From NCBI GenBank assembly GCA_963666985.2, contig CAXXIA010000001.1, positions 1,120,001-1,184,000 of the forward strand: DNA of 64,000 bases, in the 5' to 3' direction. The stretch comes from Spirochaetia bacterium (GTDB taxonomy: Bacteria > Spirochaetota > Spirochaetia > DSM-2461). Below the pieces are notes generated by a model. It searched no databases, was not told the origin of the DNA, and saw only the letters and a program-made list of their open reading frames with translations. The translations under genes and the position numbers were made by a program. Shown piece by piece: positions 29,414-38,959 of the stretch (positions within the stretch are counted from its first letter, which is position 1; the number at the start of each line of letters is the position of its first letter).

Positions 29414-31024
29414 CTAGCAGGCCCTCATCCGCTCAACCGCCGCCGCAATGAAATCACGGAAAAGAGGGCCGGCCTTCAGCGGGCTGGAGGTGAATTCCGG
29501 ATGGAACTGCACTCCGACGCCCCAGGGATGATCCGGCCACTCGGTGGATTCCACAAGCTGTCCGTCGGGAGAAAACGCCGAAAAAACAAGTCCGCTCTCG
29601 GCAAGTTTTTCCCGGAACTTATTGTTCACCTCGTATCGATGCCTATGCCGCTCGCGGACCACGGTCGAACCATACGCGGCATGAATCAGCGTGCCTTCGA
29701 GAGCCTTTGATTCATATTGTCCCAAACGCATGGTTCCGCCGTACTGGGTAACGTCAACCTGTTCTTCCAAAAGCGCGATCACATTCGCGGGTCCTCCGGG
29801 GGTAAATTCACTGCTGTTGGCATTGGCGATCCCGGTTACGCCGCGCGCCCATTCGATAACCTGAATCTGCATGCCCAGGCAAATGCCGAGGTAGGGAATT
29901 TTGTTTTCCCTCGCCCAGCCCGCCGCTTTGATCATTCCGGGAATGCCTCTTTCACCGAATCCGCCCGGTATCAGAACGCCGTGAACCCCCTGCAGCGCCC
30001 GCTCGGCCGATTCGGCATCGACAAGCGATTCCGAATCGATTTTCCGAATTTTTATCCGTACGGCATTGGCGACCGCCCCGTGCACCAGCGATTCATCGAC
30101 GGATTTATAGGAATCTTCAAGCTCGATGTATTTACCGACCATCGCGATTTCGACCGTATCACCGGCGTTTTTCCACGTATCGGCGACGGTTCTCCAGGCA
30201 TCGAAACGATCTTCCCGGCAATCCAAATTGAGCCGCTCGCAGACAACCCGGTCCAATCCCTGCTCACGATAGACAACCGGAATTTCATAGATGGTGGTAT
30301 TGACGTCATGGGCGGAGAGGACGCATTCGTAATCGATATTCGTAAACGAAGATATCTTCTTCTTCATATCGTCGTCCATCTCGGTGGCGATCCGGCACAG
30401 AAGAACTTCCGGCTGGATTCCGATTTCCCGCAGTGTTTTTACGCTGTGCTGAGTCGGCTTGGTTTTAAATTCCCCGCCGCTGACCATGGGAATCAGCGAG
30501 ACATGCACGCTTATGGCATGTTTGCGGGTTTTTTCATGAATAATCTGCCTGACGGCTTCAAGGAACGGAATGGATTCGATGTCTCCTATCGTTCCGCCTA
30601 TTTCGACAATGGTAACGTCGACTCCCTCTTTTTCTCCGAGAGAATAGATTCGGCGTTTGATTTCATCGGTGATATGGGGCACCACCTGAACGCATTTCCC
30701 CAGATAATCACCCTTCCGTTCTTTCCGGATGACTTCCTGGTAGATCTGACCGGTTGTTATGGAATTCGCCGCGCTCAGCGGAGAACCCGTGAATCGCGCG
30801 TAATTGCCCAAATCCAGATCGGTTTCGGCACCGTCGGCGGTAACAAAGACTTCACCGTGCTGATACGGACTCATGGTTCCGGCATCAACATTCAAATAGG
30901 GATCGACTTTGATCATACAGACCGACAATCCACGACTTTCAAGAAGGCTCCCAAGGGAAGAGGCCGCGATGCCCTTGCCGAGACTCGAACATACGCCGCC
31001 CGTTACGAAAATGTAATTCCTCAT
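29414..31024 (-). CDS. pyrG: CTP synthase
   Basis: FVTGGVCSSLGKG, DPYLNVDAGTMSPYQHGEV, KTKPTQHSV, GICLGMQ, ERHRHRYE, QFHPEF. Confidence 0.97.
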   Translation of the reverse strand: MRNYIFVTGGVCSSLGKGIAASSLGSLLESRGLSVCMIKVDPYLNVDAGTMSPYQHGEVFVTADGAETDLDLGNYARFTGSPLSAANSITTGQIYQEVIRKERKGDYLGKCVQVVPHITDEIKRRIYSLGEKEGVDVTIVEIGGTIGDIESIPFLEAVRQIIHEKTRKHAISVHVSLIPMVSGGEFKTKPTQHSVKTLREIGIQPEVLLCRIATEMDDDMKKKISSFTNIDYECVLSAHDVNTTIYEIPVVYREQGLDRVVCERLNLDCREDRFDAWRTVADTWKNAGDTVEIAMVGKYIELEDSYKSVDESLVHGAVANAVRIKIRKIDSESLVDAESAERALQGVHGVLIPGGFGERGIPGMIKAAGWARENKIPYLGICLGMQIQVIEWARGVTGIANANSSEFTPGGPANVIALLEEQVDVTQYGGTMRLGQYESKALEGTLIHAAYGSTVVRERHRHRYEVNNKFREKLAESGLVFSAFSPDGQLVESTEWPDHPWGVGVQFHPEFTSSPLKAGPLFRDFIAAAVERMRAC

Positions 31025-31219
31025 GGGATTTCATTATCTCCGTTTCGCCGGGAGGGGGTCAACGGAACTCGGAAAGAATTCTCCGGGGATTGATCGATGT
31101 TCGAATCCGAATCCCCGACGCCGCTGTGTTCCATAACCCGATTTGAATCATTACGGCGGCAGGCTCACTCGGCCCTTTGGCTCAACAAGGTTTCCCGCGA
31201 CGGCCTCTTCGGAACGCTC

Positions 31220-32227
31220 TTATTTCAGCCGGGCAATTCTGGAAGGAAGATCTTCGTAAGAAAAAAGCCGTGAGTATTCGATTAATCCGGAGAGTGCTTT
31301 GGATTCAAGAGGTATGCCTTCTTCCACCAAAGGCGCGACGGCGTTCAATCCGCCGGCGACGATCATACCAACCCGGCCGTCTCCCACGGGAATATCCAAA
31401 AGAGACTGGCTCGGATACCCCAATTCAAGGAATCCTCCCAAACCGCGTTCTTTAATTTTCGCGTCGGTTTCGATAACCCTATCCCGCGCACTTGTGGGGA
31501 TTTCCCGAAAACTGGCGCCGATCTGACCGTTGCCCGCCGAGGCGGCCTCTCCGGTGCTGGTCATACCGCTGGTTATATAGATTTCCAAGGGATCGAGACT
31601 CGTTCCCTCATATTTGATAATGGCGGTGAATCTGTCGGGGGCCCTGTCATGGATTTCCAAAAGACCGCCGAATACACTTGTTACAGGAACGCCCGCATTA
31701 ATCAGCGCTCCGTTAAAGGCGATGGAACAGACCGTCCCGATTCCGACCATACCTTTCGGAATGGATTTCTCGCCTATCCATTCACCCTCATCAAAAAGCG
31801 CGATCATCGTTCCGTGAGCGAGTCCGGCCTTGAAGACCCTGGGAACTAAGGAGGCGACCGCGTCGCAATGAGATTTTCCCACCAAGGACAAATTAATGAG
31901 GACCGAACCTTCGGCCGTATCGGGATTGAAATTCATTTGATACGTCATCTCGTCGATCTTCGCCGAAAGGAATCCCACACGGTCGTAGACATGTGCTTTG
32001 GCGAGTTCCTGCATCCCTTTTTGAGTGAGATACCGTCCCTTTTTTTCTTTGTAGCCCGTGAATCCCTGACCGTCGAGGGCCTGAAGATGGAACCGGACGG
32101 TCCTTTCGCTGATATCCATGCCTCGGGAAACCAGCTGTTCCTGAATTTTATGGCTGGAAAGGGGTGATCCAGATTCTCGAAGTATCTTCATCAAGAGGAG
32201 CCGCTTACGCTCCACCCGGTCGCTCAT
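31220..32227 (-). CDS. nrpR: NrpR-family nitrogen regulatory repressor (wHTH + single NrpR regulatory domain, DUF128)
   Basis: N-terminal HTH SERTVRFHL..LD..GFT...GRYLT..G..EL; then GTVCSIAFNG, FGGLLEI, RFTAIIKYEGTSLDPLEI, ASFREIP, GGLN. Neighbours gltBD. Confidence 0.88.
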   Translation of the reverse strand: MSDRVERKRLLLMKILRESGSPLSSHKIQEQLVSRGMDISERTVRFHLQALDGQGFTGYKEKKGRYLTQKGMQELAKAHVYDRVGFLSAKIDEMTYQMNFNPDTAEGSVLINLSLVGKSHCDAVASLVPRVFKAGLAHGTMIALFDEGEWIGEKSIPKGMVGIGTVCSIAFNGALINAGVPVTSVFGGLLEIHDRAPDRFTAIIKYEGTSLDPLEIYITSGMTSTGEAASAGNGQIGASFREIPTSARDRVIETDAKIKERGLGGFLELGYPSQSLLDIPVGDGRVGMIVAGGLNAVAPLVEEGIPLESKALSGLIEYSRLFSYEDLPSRIARLK

Positions 32228-32267
32228 TAAGATAGACTAACCTACCCGGCGAAGATGTGTCAATTTA

Positions 32268-32285
32268 ACGGCATTTCATTGCCGT
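32268..32285. promoter_or_regulatory. Candidate NrpR operator at the nrpR promoter (autoregulation)
   Basis: Palindrome ACGGCA-tttcat-TGCCGT immediately upstream of the minus-strand -35 box TTGACA (32258-32263). Confidence 0.65.
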
Positions 32286-32307
32286 AATCATACTCAAAGT
32301 CAAAATA

Positions 32308-33090
32308 ATGGACGGAAAGGAAAAGCCCCGATATCTTATGAGCATGATCCGCCGCCGAGACCGCCGTGCTACTTCCGTTTTATTTTCAATGCCGCTTGTT
32401 CTTTTCGTGTTGATCCTCGGCGGATGCATGGTGAATCAGCATCTTGTACTCAGCGGCGACGGTTCGGGAACCTATAAGGCCGAAGGCGGAACACTGCCCT
32501 TCGCCGCTCTCGTCTTCGACGATTTGGCCTTTGCCGGAGGATATGAGAATGCCGACGCTCTCTACCAAACGGCTGTTGCTCAAACGAAAGAAGATCTTTC
32601 CCGCCGGTCCGATATTTCCGATTCTCAAGTGGAGATGACTTCTCCTTACGAATGGAAAGCCGTTATCCACTTTAGGGACATCGAATCGCTTCTGGGGGGA
32701 TCGGACGGCATTCCCATAGCGGAACTCTCGGAAGGAAACGGAACTTCAACGCTGACCTTGAACTTCGACAGAAAAAGAGCCGCGGTACTGGAGACCTTCA
32801 TTCCGCTCCTGGGCGAACCGGCCCTGACGGCATTCAATCCCGCCATGACTCAAGGTTTCGACGAAGAAAGCTACATCGCCGATGTTTTAAGCTTCACTTT
32901 CGGAGAAGAGAATATTCCGGCGGTTAAATCCGCGCGGATCGCAATGGACGTTACCGTTCCCGGTCCCATAACGGCGCTTGAAGGCGGAACAAAAATCGAT
33001 AATCACACGGTCCGTTTTGAAACGGCCTTCACACGCCTGATCGTTCCCGAGATTCCCATCCATTGGAGCGTTTCCTGGAAAACTCGGTAA
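32308..33090 (+). CDS. Hypothetical lipoprotein (start uncertain)
   Basis: Basic N-region, hydrophobic stretch and lipobox-like LILGGC; ends ...VTVPGPI...WSVSW. No family recognised with confidence. Confidence 0.65.
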   Translation: MDGKEKPRYLMSMIRRRDRRATSVLFSMPLVLFVLILGGCMVNQHLVLSGDGSGTYKAEGGTLPFAALVFDDLAFAGGYENADALYQTAVAQTKEDLSRRSDISDSQVEMTSPYEWKAVIHFRDIESLLGGSDGIPIAELSEGNGTSTLTLNFDRKRAAVLETFIPLLGEPALTAFNPAMTQGFDEESYIADVLSFTFGEENIPAVKSARIAMDVTVPGPITALEGGTKIDNHTVRFETAFTRLIVPEIPIHWSVSWKTR

Positions 33091-33227
33091 TGGACCGTAT
33101 ATTTGTATGCCGCAAATAAAACGCATATTTTTCAAAGCGATTTTTCCACATGCCGAATATCGGTCGCATTCCGCCGGCCCGTTTTAAACAACGGCGGCAT
33201 AACCGGATGAAACCCGACTTCCGATAT

Positions 33228-34286
33228 TCATCCGCCGCCGAACGTTAAAATCAGCGGCAGATGATCGCTGCAGCCCTCTTCTTTATCAGTCATCCACCTT
33301 ACGGGCCGCCCGTTATGATCCGCGGCGGCACCGGCCGCGGTCCGGCAGGAAAGAAATCGGGGCCCGGCATCATCCAGCATTCCGGCCGTCAGAAGAGCTC
33401 TGTCGGGTCTTTCCCAGCCGCCGCGAAACCAATACGTCCCCGGAGGTCCCGATGAGGGTTCCGGATCGAAAAGAATCAATTTTCCGCTTCGAAGACCCGC
33501 CTCCGCCGCCGCGGAAGTTCGGTAGAGGACGGCATCCGTACCTTCCGCGTCGGAAAACGACGGCCAGGGGGCCAAAGCCGCGGGGCGGATCTCTCCGTCT
33601 CCGTTCGTATTCAAATCGCCCAAGGCAATCACATCGGCCTGCGGGCGGCCTGAAAGACTCCCTCTGATAAGGGAATCAACCACTGAGGCCTCAATGCGGC
33701 GAGCCTCCTCTGTCTCTTTCTTTCCATCCCATGGCGACTTCCAATGAAGAGCGATAACTTCAACATCCCCCTGCGGAGTCTCGGCGGTAAAAGCCAAAAC
33801 AGTCCTTAAAGGCCTCTCCCGCCACGCGCCGCATTCGGCCGCCTTCGTCTTTAAAATCGGATAACGGCTGAGTACACCGCAGCGAATCGCCCCCTCACCC
33901 GGCGCCGCCAATCTCCATTCGTACCCGGCCCGCCGCAAAGGCCCCTCGGCGAGATCATCCAAGATTCCCTCATGCTCAATCTCTTGAAGAACCAGAAGAT
34001 CCGGCCCGCCGGGAACCGCCTCAAGAACCGCGCGGCCCACCCGTTCCAGTCTGCGGAGGTAAAGCCTTTCGTCCCACGCTCCCCGCAGCGGATCGAATTC
34101 GGGATATTCATTCCCGTCATGGGTGCCGTCGAAAAGGTTTTGGACATTCCAGCTCATCACCGTCCATTCCGTTTTCCGCTCCGGATTGGCGCAGCTTGTA
34201 ATCGGCACGGAGATGAGACATAGAGAAACCGCGAATCCCCCGATACAAAGTCTTTTCTTATGATTCTTCAAAGAACACGTCCTCAT
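33228..34286 (-). CDS. Endonuclease/exonuclease/phosphatase family lipoprotein
   Basis: SWNVQNLFD, DLLVLQEIE, LSRYPI, HWKS, GDLN, SDHLP; start reassigned to ATG 34286 (GAGGG RBS, lipobox-like ITSC). Confidence 0.88.
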   Translation of the reverse strand: MRTCSLKNHKKRLCIGGFAVSLCLISVPITSCANPERKTEWTVMSWNVQNLFDGTHDGNEYPEFDPLRGAWDERLYLRRLERVGRAVLEAVPGGPDLLVLQEIEHEGILDDLAEGPLRRAGYEWRLAAPGEGAIRCGVLSRYPILKTKAAECGAWRERPLRTVLAFTAETPQGDVEVIALHWKSPWDGKKETEEARRIEASVVDSLIRGSLSGRPQADVIALGDLNTNGDGEIRPAALAPWPSFSDAEGTDAVLYRTSAAAEAGLRSGKLILFDPEPSSGPPGTYWFRGGWERPDRALLTAGMLDDAGPRFLSCRTAAGAAADHNGRPVRWMTDKEEGCSDHLPLILTFGGG

Positions 34287-34500
34287 TTCGCCCTCTCTCT
34301 TACCCAAAACGCCCGTATCCCGCCGAGAGCACCCGCCGATAGGGCTTTGCATCCGCCGCTCTTCTCCCGCGGGCCCTGCCCCTGAAAAAAATCGCTCATG
34401 CCGCTTTCCGCAATCTTCCACGGCTTATAACCGCCGATTCCGCCCTCTCTCTTGAGGCGGCCTGCTGACGCAAGTCGCCGATTCGGGATACCTTTGCTCC

Positions 34501-35703
34501 ATGGAAAACCTGTGGCTCATCAAGATCGGTGAAATATCCTTGAAAAAAGGAAACCGCGCGTTCTTCGAGCGCCTTCTCAAACAGAACATCAAAGCGAAAC
34601 TCCGTGAAATCGAATCCGGCGGCACATCCTCCAAAATCAATATTCGTTCCGGCCGCTACTACCTTGAAACCGATACCGAAGACGAAACGATCGAACGAAT
34701 CCTCAAAACCACTCCCGGCATCGTCTCCTTCAGCCGGGCCCAAAGAACCGAAAAAACAATCGAGGCACTCGCGAAGGCTTCAAAAGCTTTTGCCGCCGAT
34801 TGCCTGGCCGAAGGCATCGGAAACCGGTTCAAATTTGAAATAAGACGCACCGATAAAAGCCTTCCCATGGACAGCTACGGCTATGCGCGGGAACTCGGCG
34901 GCATTCTCTTGGACGAGTTTTCCGAACTGACCGTCGACGTTCATACGCCCGATTTCATCATCAAGGTGGAACTTCGGGAATGGGGCTACGTTTACGGACG
35001 GGAACGGCGAGGCCCCGGAGGACTGCCGGTGGGCACTGGCGGCCGCGGGATTCTTCTGCTCTCGGGAGGAATCGACTCACCCGTGGCCGGCTACCTTATG
35101 GCCAAACGGGGCATCAGCCTCACGGCCGTCCATTTCCACACCCCGCCCTTTACCTCTGAGGAATCTCTCGACAAGGTGATGCGCCTCGCCGCCCAAATCG
35201 CGCCCTGGACCGGCGGACTGACCCTGCTCTCGGTTCCCTTCACCGAATGCCAGCTGAAAGTGAATCAAAGCGTCGATCCTTCGGGAACAACCCTGCACTC
35301 GCGCGCCTGCATGATGGGCATCGCCGAGATTCTTGCCTCGAAGTACCGATGCAAGGCGCTGATCACCGGTGAATCGCTGGGGCAGGTCGCCAGTCAAACC
35401 ATGGAGAGTCTGGCCTTTACCGACTCATCCACGGATCTTTCGGTTTTCCGTCCCCTTATCGGCCTGGATAAAGAGGAAATCATCACCCTTGCGAAGAATA
35501 TCGGAACCTTTGAAACCGCCATCGAACCCTTCGACGACTGCTGCTCGCTCTTCAGCCCCGAGAAACCCCTCACCCGGCCGGATCTCCTCGAAGAGCAGGT
35601 CGTACACGAGAGTATCGAAGGTTTGGATGAACTCATGGAAAAAGCGGCGGATGAGGTTCTCGTAACCCGATTCAATTCGCAAGGAAAACAAAAAGCCGAA
35701 TAG
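34501..35703 (+). CDS. thiI: tRNA 4-thiouridine(8) synthase
   Basis: GEISLKKGNR..FE..L, THUMP region, GGLPVG, LLSGGIDSPVA, TGESLGQVASQT, RPLIGLDKEEI, DCC. Confidence 0.95.
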   Translation: MENLWLIKIGEISLKKGNRAFFERLLKQNIKAKLREIESGGTSSKINIRSGRYYLETDTEDETIERILKTTPGIVSFSRAQRTEKTIEALAKASKAFAADCLAEGIGNRFKFEIRRTDKSLPMDSYGYARELGGILLDEFSELTVDVHTPDFIIKVELREWGYVYGRERRGPGGLPVGTGGRGILLLSGGIDSPVAGYLMAKRGISLTAVHFHTPPFTSEESLDKVMRLAAQIAPWTGGLTLLSVPFTECQLKVNQSVDPSGTTLHSRACMMGIAEILASKYRCKALITGESLGQVASQTMESLAFTDSSTDLSVFRPLIGLDKEEIITLAKNIGTFETAIEPFDDCCSLFSPEKPLTRPDLLEEQVVHESIEGLDELMEKAADEVLVTRFNSQGKQKAE

Positions 35704-35864
35704 CCGTCCGAATAATTTTCAGCAGGTGATCTCCGCTTCGCGCTTTTCAGAAGCTTCTTATGCATGAATGCTTCATTACCTGACCCCCCGCTTCGCGGAG
35801 TCCAAGCCTCTCAGGTTACCGGCACGAACAGATCCGGCGCTTTGCTTGAAGCCCTTTTCACACG

Positions 35865-35888
35865 AAAAAACCGCCGAAGGAACGGCGG
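35865..35888 (-). terminator. Intrinsic terminator after the FmdB-family gene
   Basis: Minus strand CCGCCG-ttcctt-CGGCGG-TTTTTT. Confidence 0.6.
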
Positions 35889-35950
35889 AAATAGCTAAGA
35901 AAATCTGATTCTTCGGTTATTTCCTCGCCGAAGAACATCATCAGGTCCGG

Positions 35951-36268
35951 CTAAGCGGTCGCCTTACTCTCCGATGCCGCGCTCTTTTTCGGCGACGAAT
36001 CCCCGGCGGACGAACCGGAAGAAGCGGATGAACCGGATGAGGCCGCGGAAGAAGAATTACCGGAAGAGACGGACGAGGAAGAGGATTTTCTTGAATCGTT
36101 CACGTAGAAACCCGATCCCTTGAATATAATCCCGGTTCCCCCGCCGATTAAGCGGCGAAGCTCATTAAGTCCGCAATCGGGACACTTGGTTAAGGGATCA
36201 TCCGACATGCTCTGGAAAGCCTCAAAACGATGCCCGCAGGAACGGCATTCATAATCATAAGTGGGCAT
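35951..36268 (-). CDS. FmdB family zinc-ribbon regulatory protein
   Basis: MPTYDYECRSCGHRFE...CPDCG...FKGSGFYVND followed by a Ser-rich tail; start at ATG 36268. Confidence 0.92.
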   Translation of the reverse strand: MPTYDYECRSCGHRFEAFQSMSDDPLTKCPDCGLNELRRLIGGGTGIIFKGSGFYVNDSRKSSSSSVSSGNSSSAASSGSSASSGSSAGDSSPKKSAASESKATA

Positions 36269-36445
36269 AAAAATCCTTGCCTCCGCAGATCTCGGCATAA
36301 GCGCGCTTACGCGAAATGCACTTGATGAACACCGGGAATATACTCATTAAACCGCCTCGGGGCAAGCTCCGAAGCGCAATTGTCGAAAATTGACCGCAAA
36401 TCCGCGGGCCGTCCCGCCGGAGAAGACCTTGCGCGAATCCCCGCA

Positions 36446-37213
36446 TTAATCCATGCGGACCGGTATGCCGGAAGAGGTCAATTCCTTCTTGATATCGGCG
36501 ACGGTGAAATCTCCGTAATGCACCATACTGGCAATCAGCGCGGCATCGGCCCGGCCTTCGGTGAGCACCTCGGCAAGATGCCTGGGCAGACCGGCTCCGC
36601 CGGAAGCCACAACGGGAATCCCCACGGCTTCGCTCACCAGCCGCGTCGCCGTAATTTCATAGCCGTCACGGGTACCGTCGGCATCAATGGAATTCAGAAC
36701 AATCTCTCCGGCGCCGCGGGATTCGGCTTCTCTGGCCCATTCGATCATATCCCGTCCGGTTCTAACCCGGCCGCCGTCGATCACCACGCCGTAACCGGAA
36801 GGCATGGACGGATCGGCTTCGGCATCCATCCCCAAAACGATGCACTGAGAACCGTAGCGCTCGGCGCCTCCGGTGATGATGGAAGGATTGCGTACGGCGG
36901 CCGAATTGACGCTCACTTTCTCGGCGCCGGCCATGATCACCGCGTTCATGTCCTCAACCGAACCGATGCCGCCGCCGACGCAGAAAGGAATGAAAATCTT
37001 CTCGGCGACCCGGCGGACCACATCGATCATAATGCCGCGCTTTTCGGCCGAGGCGGTGATGTCGTAAAAAACAAGTTCATCGACACCCTGATTGTAGTAT
37101 TCCTCGGCCATCTGAACAGGGTCGCCGATATCGACATTGCCTTTGAACTTAATGCCTTTCGTTGTTTTTCCGTCGCGAACATCAAGGCAGACGACGATGC
37201 GTTTCTGAAACAT
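36446..37213 (-). CDS. hisF: Imidazole glycerol phosphate synthase cyclase subunit
   Basis: [54 protein letters not shown]. Confidence 0.96.
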   Translation of the reverse strand: MFQKRIVVCLDVRDGKTTKGIKFKGNVDIGDPVQMAEEYYNQGVDELVFYDITASAEKRGIMIDVVRRVAEKIFIPFCVGGGIGSVEDMNAVIMAGAEKVSVNSAAVRNPSIITGGAERYGSQCIVLGMDAEADPSMPSGYGVVIDGGRVRTGRDMIEWAREAESRGAGEIVLNSIDADGTRDGYEITATRLVSEAVGIPVVASGGAGLPRHLAEVLTEGRADAALIASMVHYGDFTVADIKKELTSSGIPVRMD

Positions 37214-37214
37214 A

Positions 37215-37835
37215 TCAGCCTATCCTCCGGATGAAGTTCTCCAGAAGCCGCAAACCCTTGGGGCCGCTTTTTTCAGGGTGGAACTGGGTGGCCCAGACAT
37301 TCTCCTTATGAACGGCGGCCGCGAATTCCATTCCGTATTCGGCGCGGCCGCAAACCCAGGGAGAATCGCCGCCGCCGGGCAGCTGCGTCGAAAGATAGTA
37401 GGAATGTACGAAATAAAAAGAGCTCTCCTGGGGAATCCCCTCGAAAAGCCGTGAATGATCATGGATAACGGTATTCCAGCCGATTTGAGGAACTTTCACG
37501 CCCATATCGCCCGGAAAGAGTTTCACTTCGCCCGGAATAATCCCCAAAAGATCCGTATCCCTCTCCTCGGAATGATCCTGAAGAATCTGGCAGCCGAGGC
37601 AGATGCCCAAAAGCGGCTTTCCTGATTTGGCGAACGCGATAAGAGCCTCATCCAAACCGTCACGGGTGAGGATACCCATGGCGTGCTTCGCCTCGCCCAC
37701 GCCCGGAAAGATAACTTGATCCGAAGCGAGAACATCGTCCGGCCGGGAACTGATGCGAAATTCGGCCCCGAGATGCGTAAGAGCGGTTTGAACGCTTCTT
37801 AGGTTCCCCGCTTCATAATCAACGACCGTAATCAT
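37215..37835 (-). CDS. hisH: Imidazole glycerol phosphate synthase glutaminase subunit
   Basis: [43 protein letters not shown]. Confidence 0.96.
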   Translation of the reverse strand: MITVVDYEAGNLRSVQTALTHLGAEFRISSRPDDVLASDQVIFPGVGEAKHAMGILTRDGLDEALIAFAKSGKPLLGICLGCQILQDHSEERDTDLLGIIPGEVKLFPGDMGVKVPQIGWNTVIHDHSRLFEGIPQESSFYFVHSYYLSTQLPGGGDSPWVCGRAEYGMEFAAAVHKENVWATQFHPEKSGPKGLRLLENFIRRIG

Positions 37836-38959
37836 GTTTCCGCTCCCGGAAGCAAGCCTGATTTTTCAATAAAACCTTTGATAAAACCCAGGGAGAGATC
37901 CGGTATGAACAGCCTCACTTCTCCCCATCCTTCTTCAACATTCATCTTTGAAAACAAATCCTTATCCGCCTGATCGGACGACATGGCGAATCTTGCCGAA
38001 AGTCCCAGCCGAAGAATCAGGGCCAGAGACCGTGAATTTTTTTCTTCGGCGGCACGTATATACATCGCCATATCGTAATTCCCGCTCTCGGTCCGCCGAA
38101 GCGCTAAAGCCGCCGAAGAAATAAGCGGATTTCCATTCCTGTCGGTCAGCGGAAGAGACGGCAGAGCCGTTTTAAATACGCTGGGCTTCAAAATCCAGGC
38201 GGCCAAATCGGCGTCCCGGACTTTCTCGTCCCAAAATTCAACTCCGCTCATCCTCATCCCGGAATCCTTGCGGGAGATCATCGCATCGATGCGTCCGCTG
38301 GAAACGAAAATTTCTTCTCGGGAAACCAGAGCCAGTTCGAGCCCTTCGGGACCTGTCCAGCGATACCGCTCAGTCGCCGATTTCTTCCACTTTTCTCCGA
38401 GGGCCCCGCTCATGACTCCGCGCGGCCAAAGGCCGACGGCCGCCGCATGAACGGCCGAACCTTCCGCTTCAAAGCCGAAAACGGCCAGAGCCGTCCGTTC
38501 CAGAACCTTGTCGGCCGAAGCCTCGCTTAATCCGGCCAAGCTCGTCAGCATCGCCGCAAGCTCTTCATTTCCGGGAACGAGAAGACGGGCCGCGAGGTCA
38601 ACCTCGCCGGGGAGCCAATCGACGATATTCACATCCGGCTGTTCGGGAAGAGTCCGGCAGGATGTAACAAGAGCCAAAACCGTCAGCGTCGCGACGGCGC
38701 CGAAGCTCCGCGGCCTGAAGCGGCATTGCGCCGGATGGTGTCGATGATGGCGACACAGAAGAGGCTGATGATGCGGCAAAATCCTTAAAGCGGATGGTGC
38801 GCCGACATTCCTCCGGCGATCCCGACAAATCGCCGGATTCCCCGATATCGAAGAAAGAGCGGCTTCCCGCCGGCGATCTCTGTGAGTCCCGCGGGACGCC
38901 GGATCTTTGAACAACGCTTGAACGCGGATCGAAAAACGCCCGGCTGCGCGAATATTCAT
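37832..38959 (-). CDS. Hypothetical lipoprotein (start uncertain)
   Basis: TGATG overlap with ileS and ATGA overlap with hisH; lipobox-like LALVTSC at about aa 101. Confidence 0.6.
   Translation of the reverse strand: MNIRAAGRFSIRVQALFKDPASRGTHRDRRREAALSSISGNPAICRDRRRNVGAPSALRILPHHQPLLCRHHRHHPAQCRFRPRSFGAVATLTVLALVTSCRTLPEQPDVNIVDWLPGEVDLAARLLVPGNEELAAMLTSLAGLSEASADKVLERTALAVFGFEAEGSAVHAAAVGLWPRGVMSGALGEKWKKSATERYRWTGPEGLELALVSREEIFVSSGRIDAMISRKDSGMRMSGVEFWDEKVRDADLAAWILKPSVFKTALPSLPLTDRNGNPLISSAALALRRTESGNYDMAMYIRAAEEKNSRSLALILRLGLSARFAMSSDQADKDLFSKMNVEEGWGEVRLFIPDLSLGFIKGFIEKSGLLPGAET

Noticed and set aside
15506..37835. NrpR-controlled supercluster of glutamine amidotransferases (gatA, gltB, pyrG, hisH)
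   Set aside because: The operator-like palindrome was seen only at gltB and nrpR; the other genes have separate promoters, so the clustering may be coincidental.
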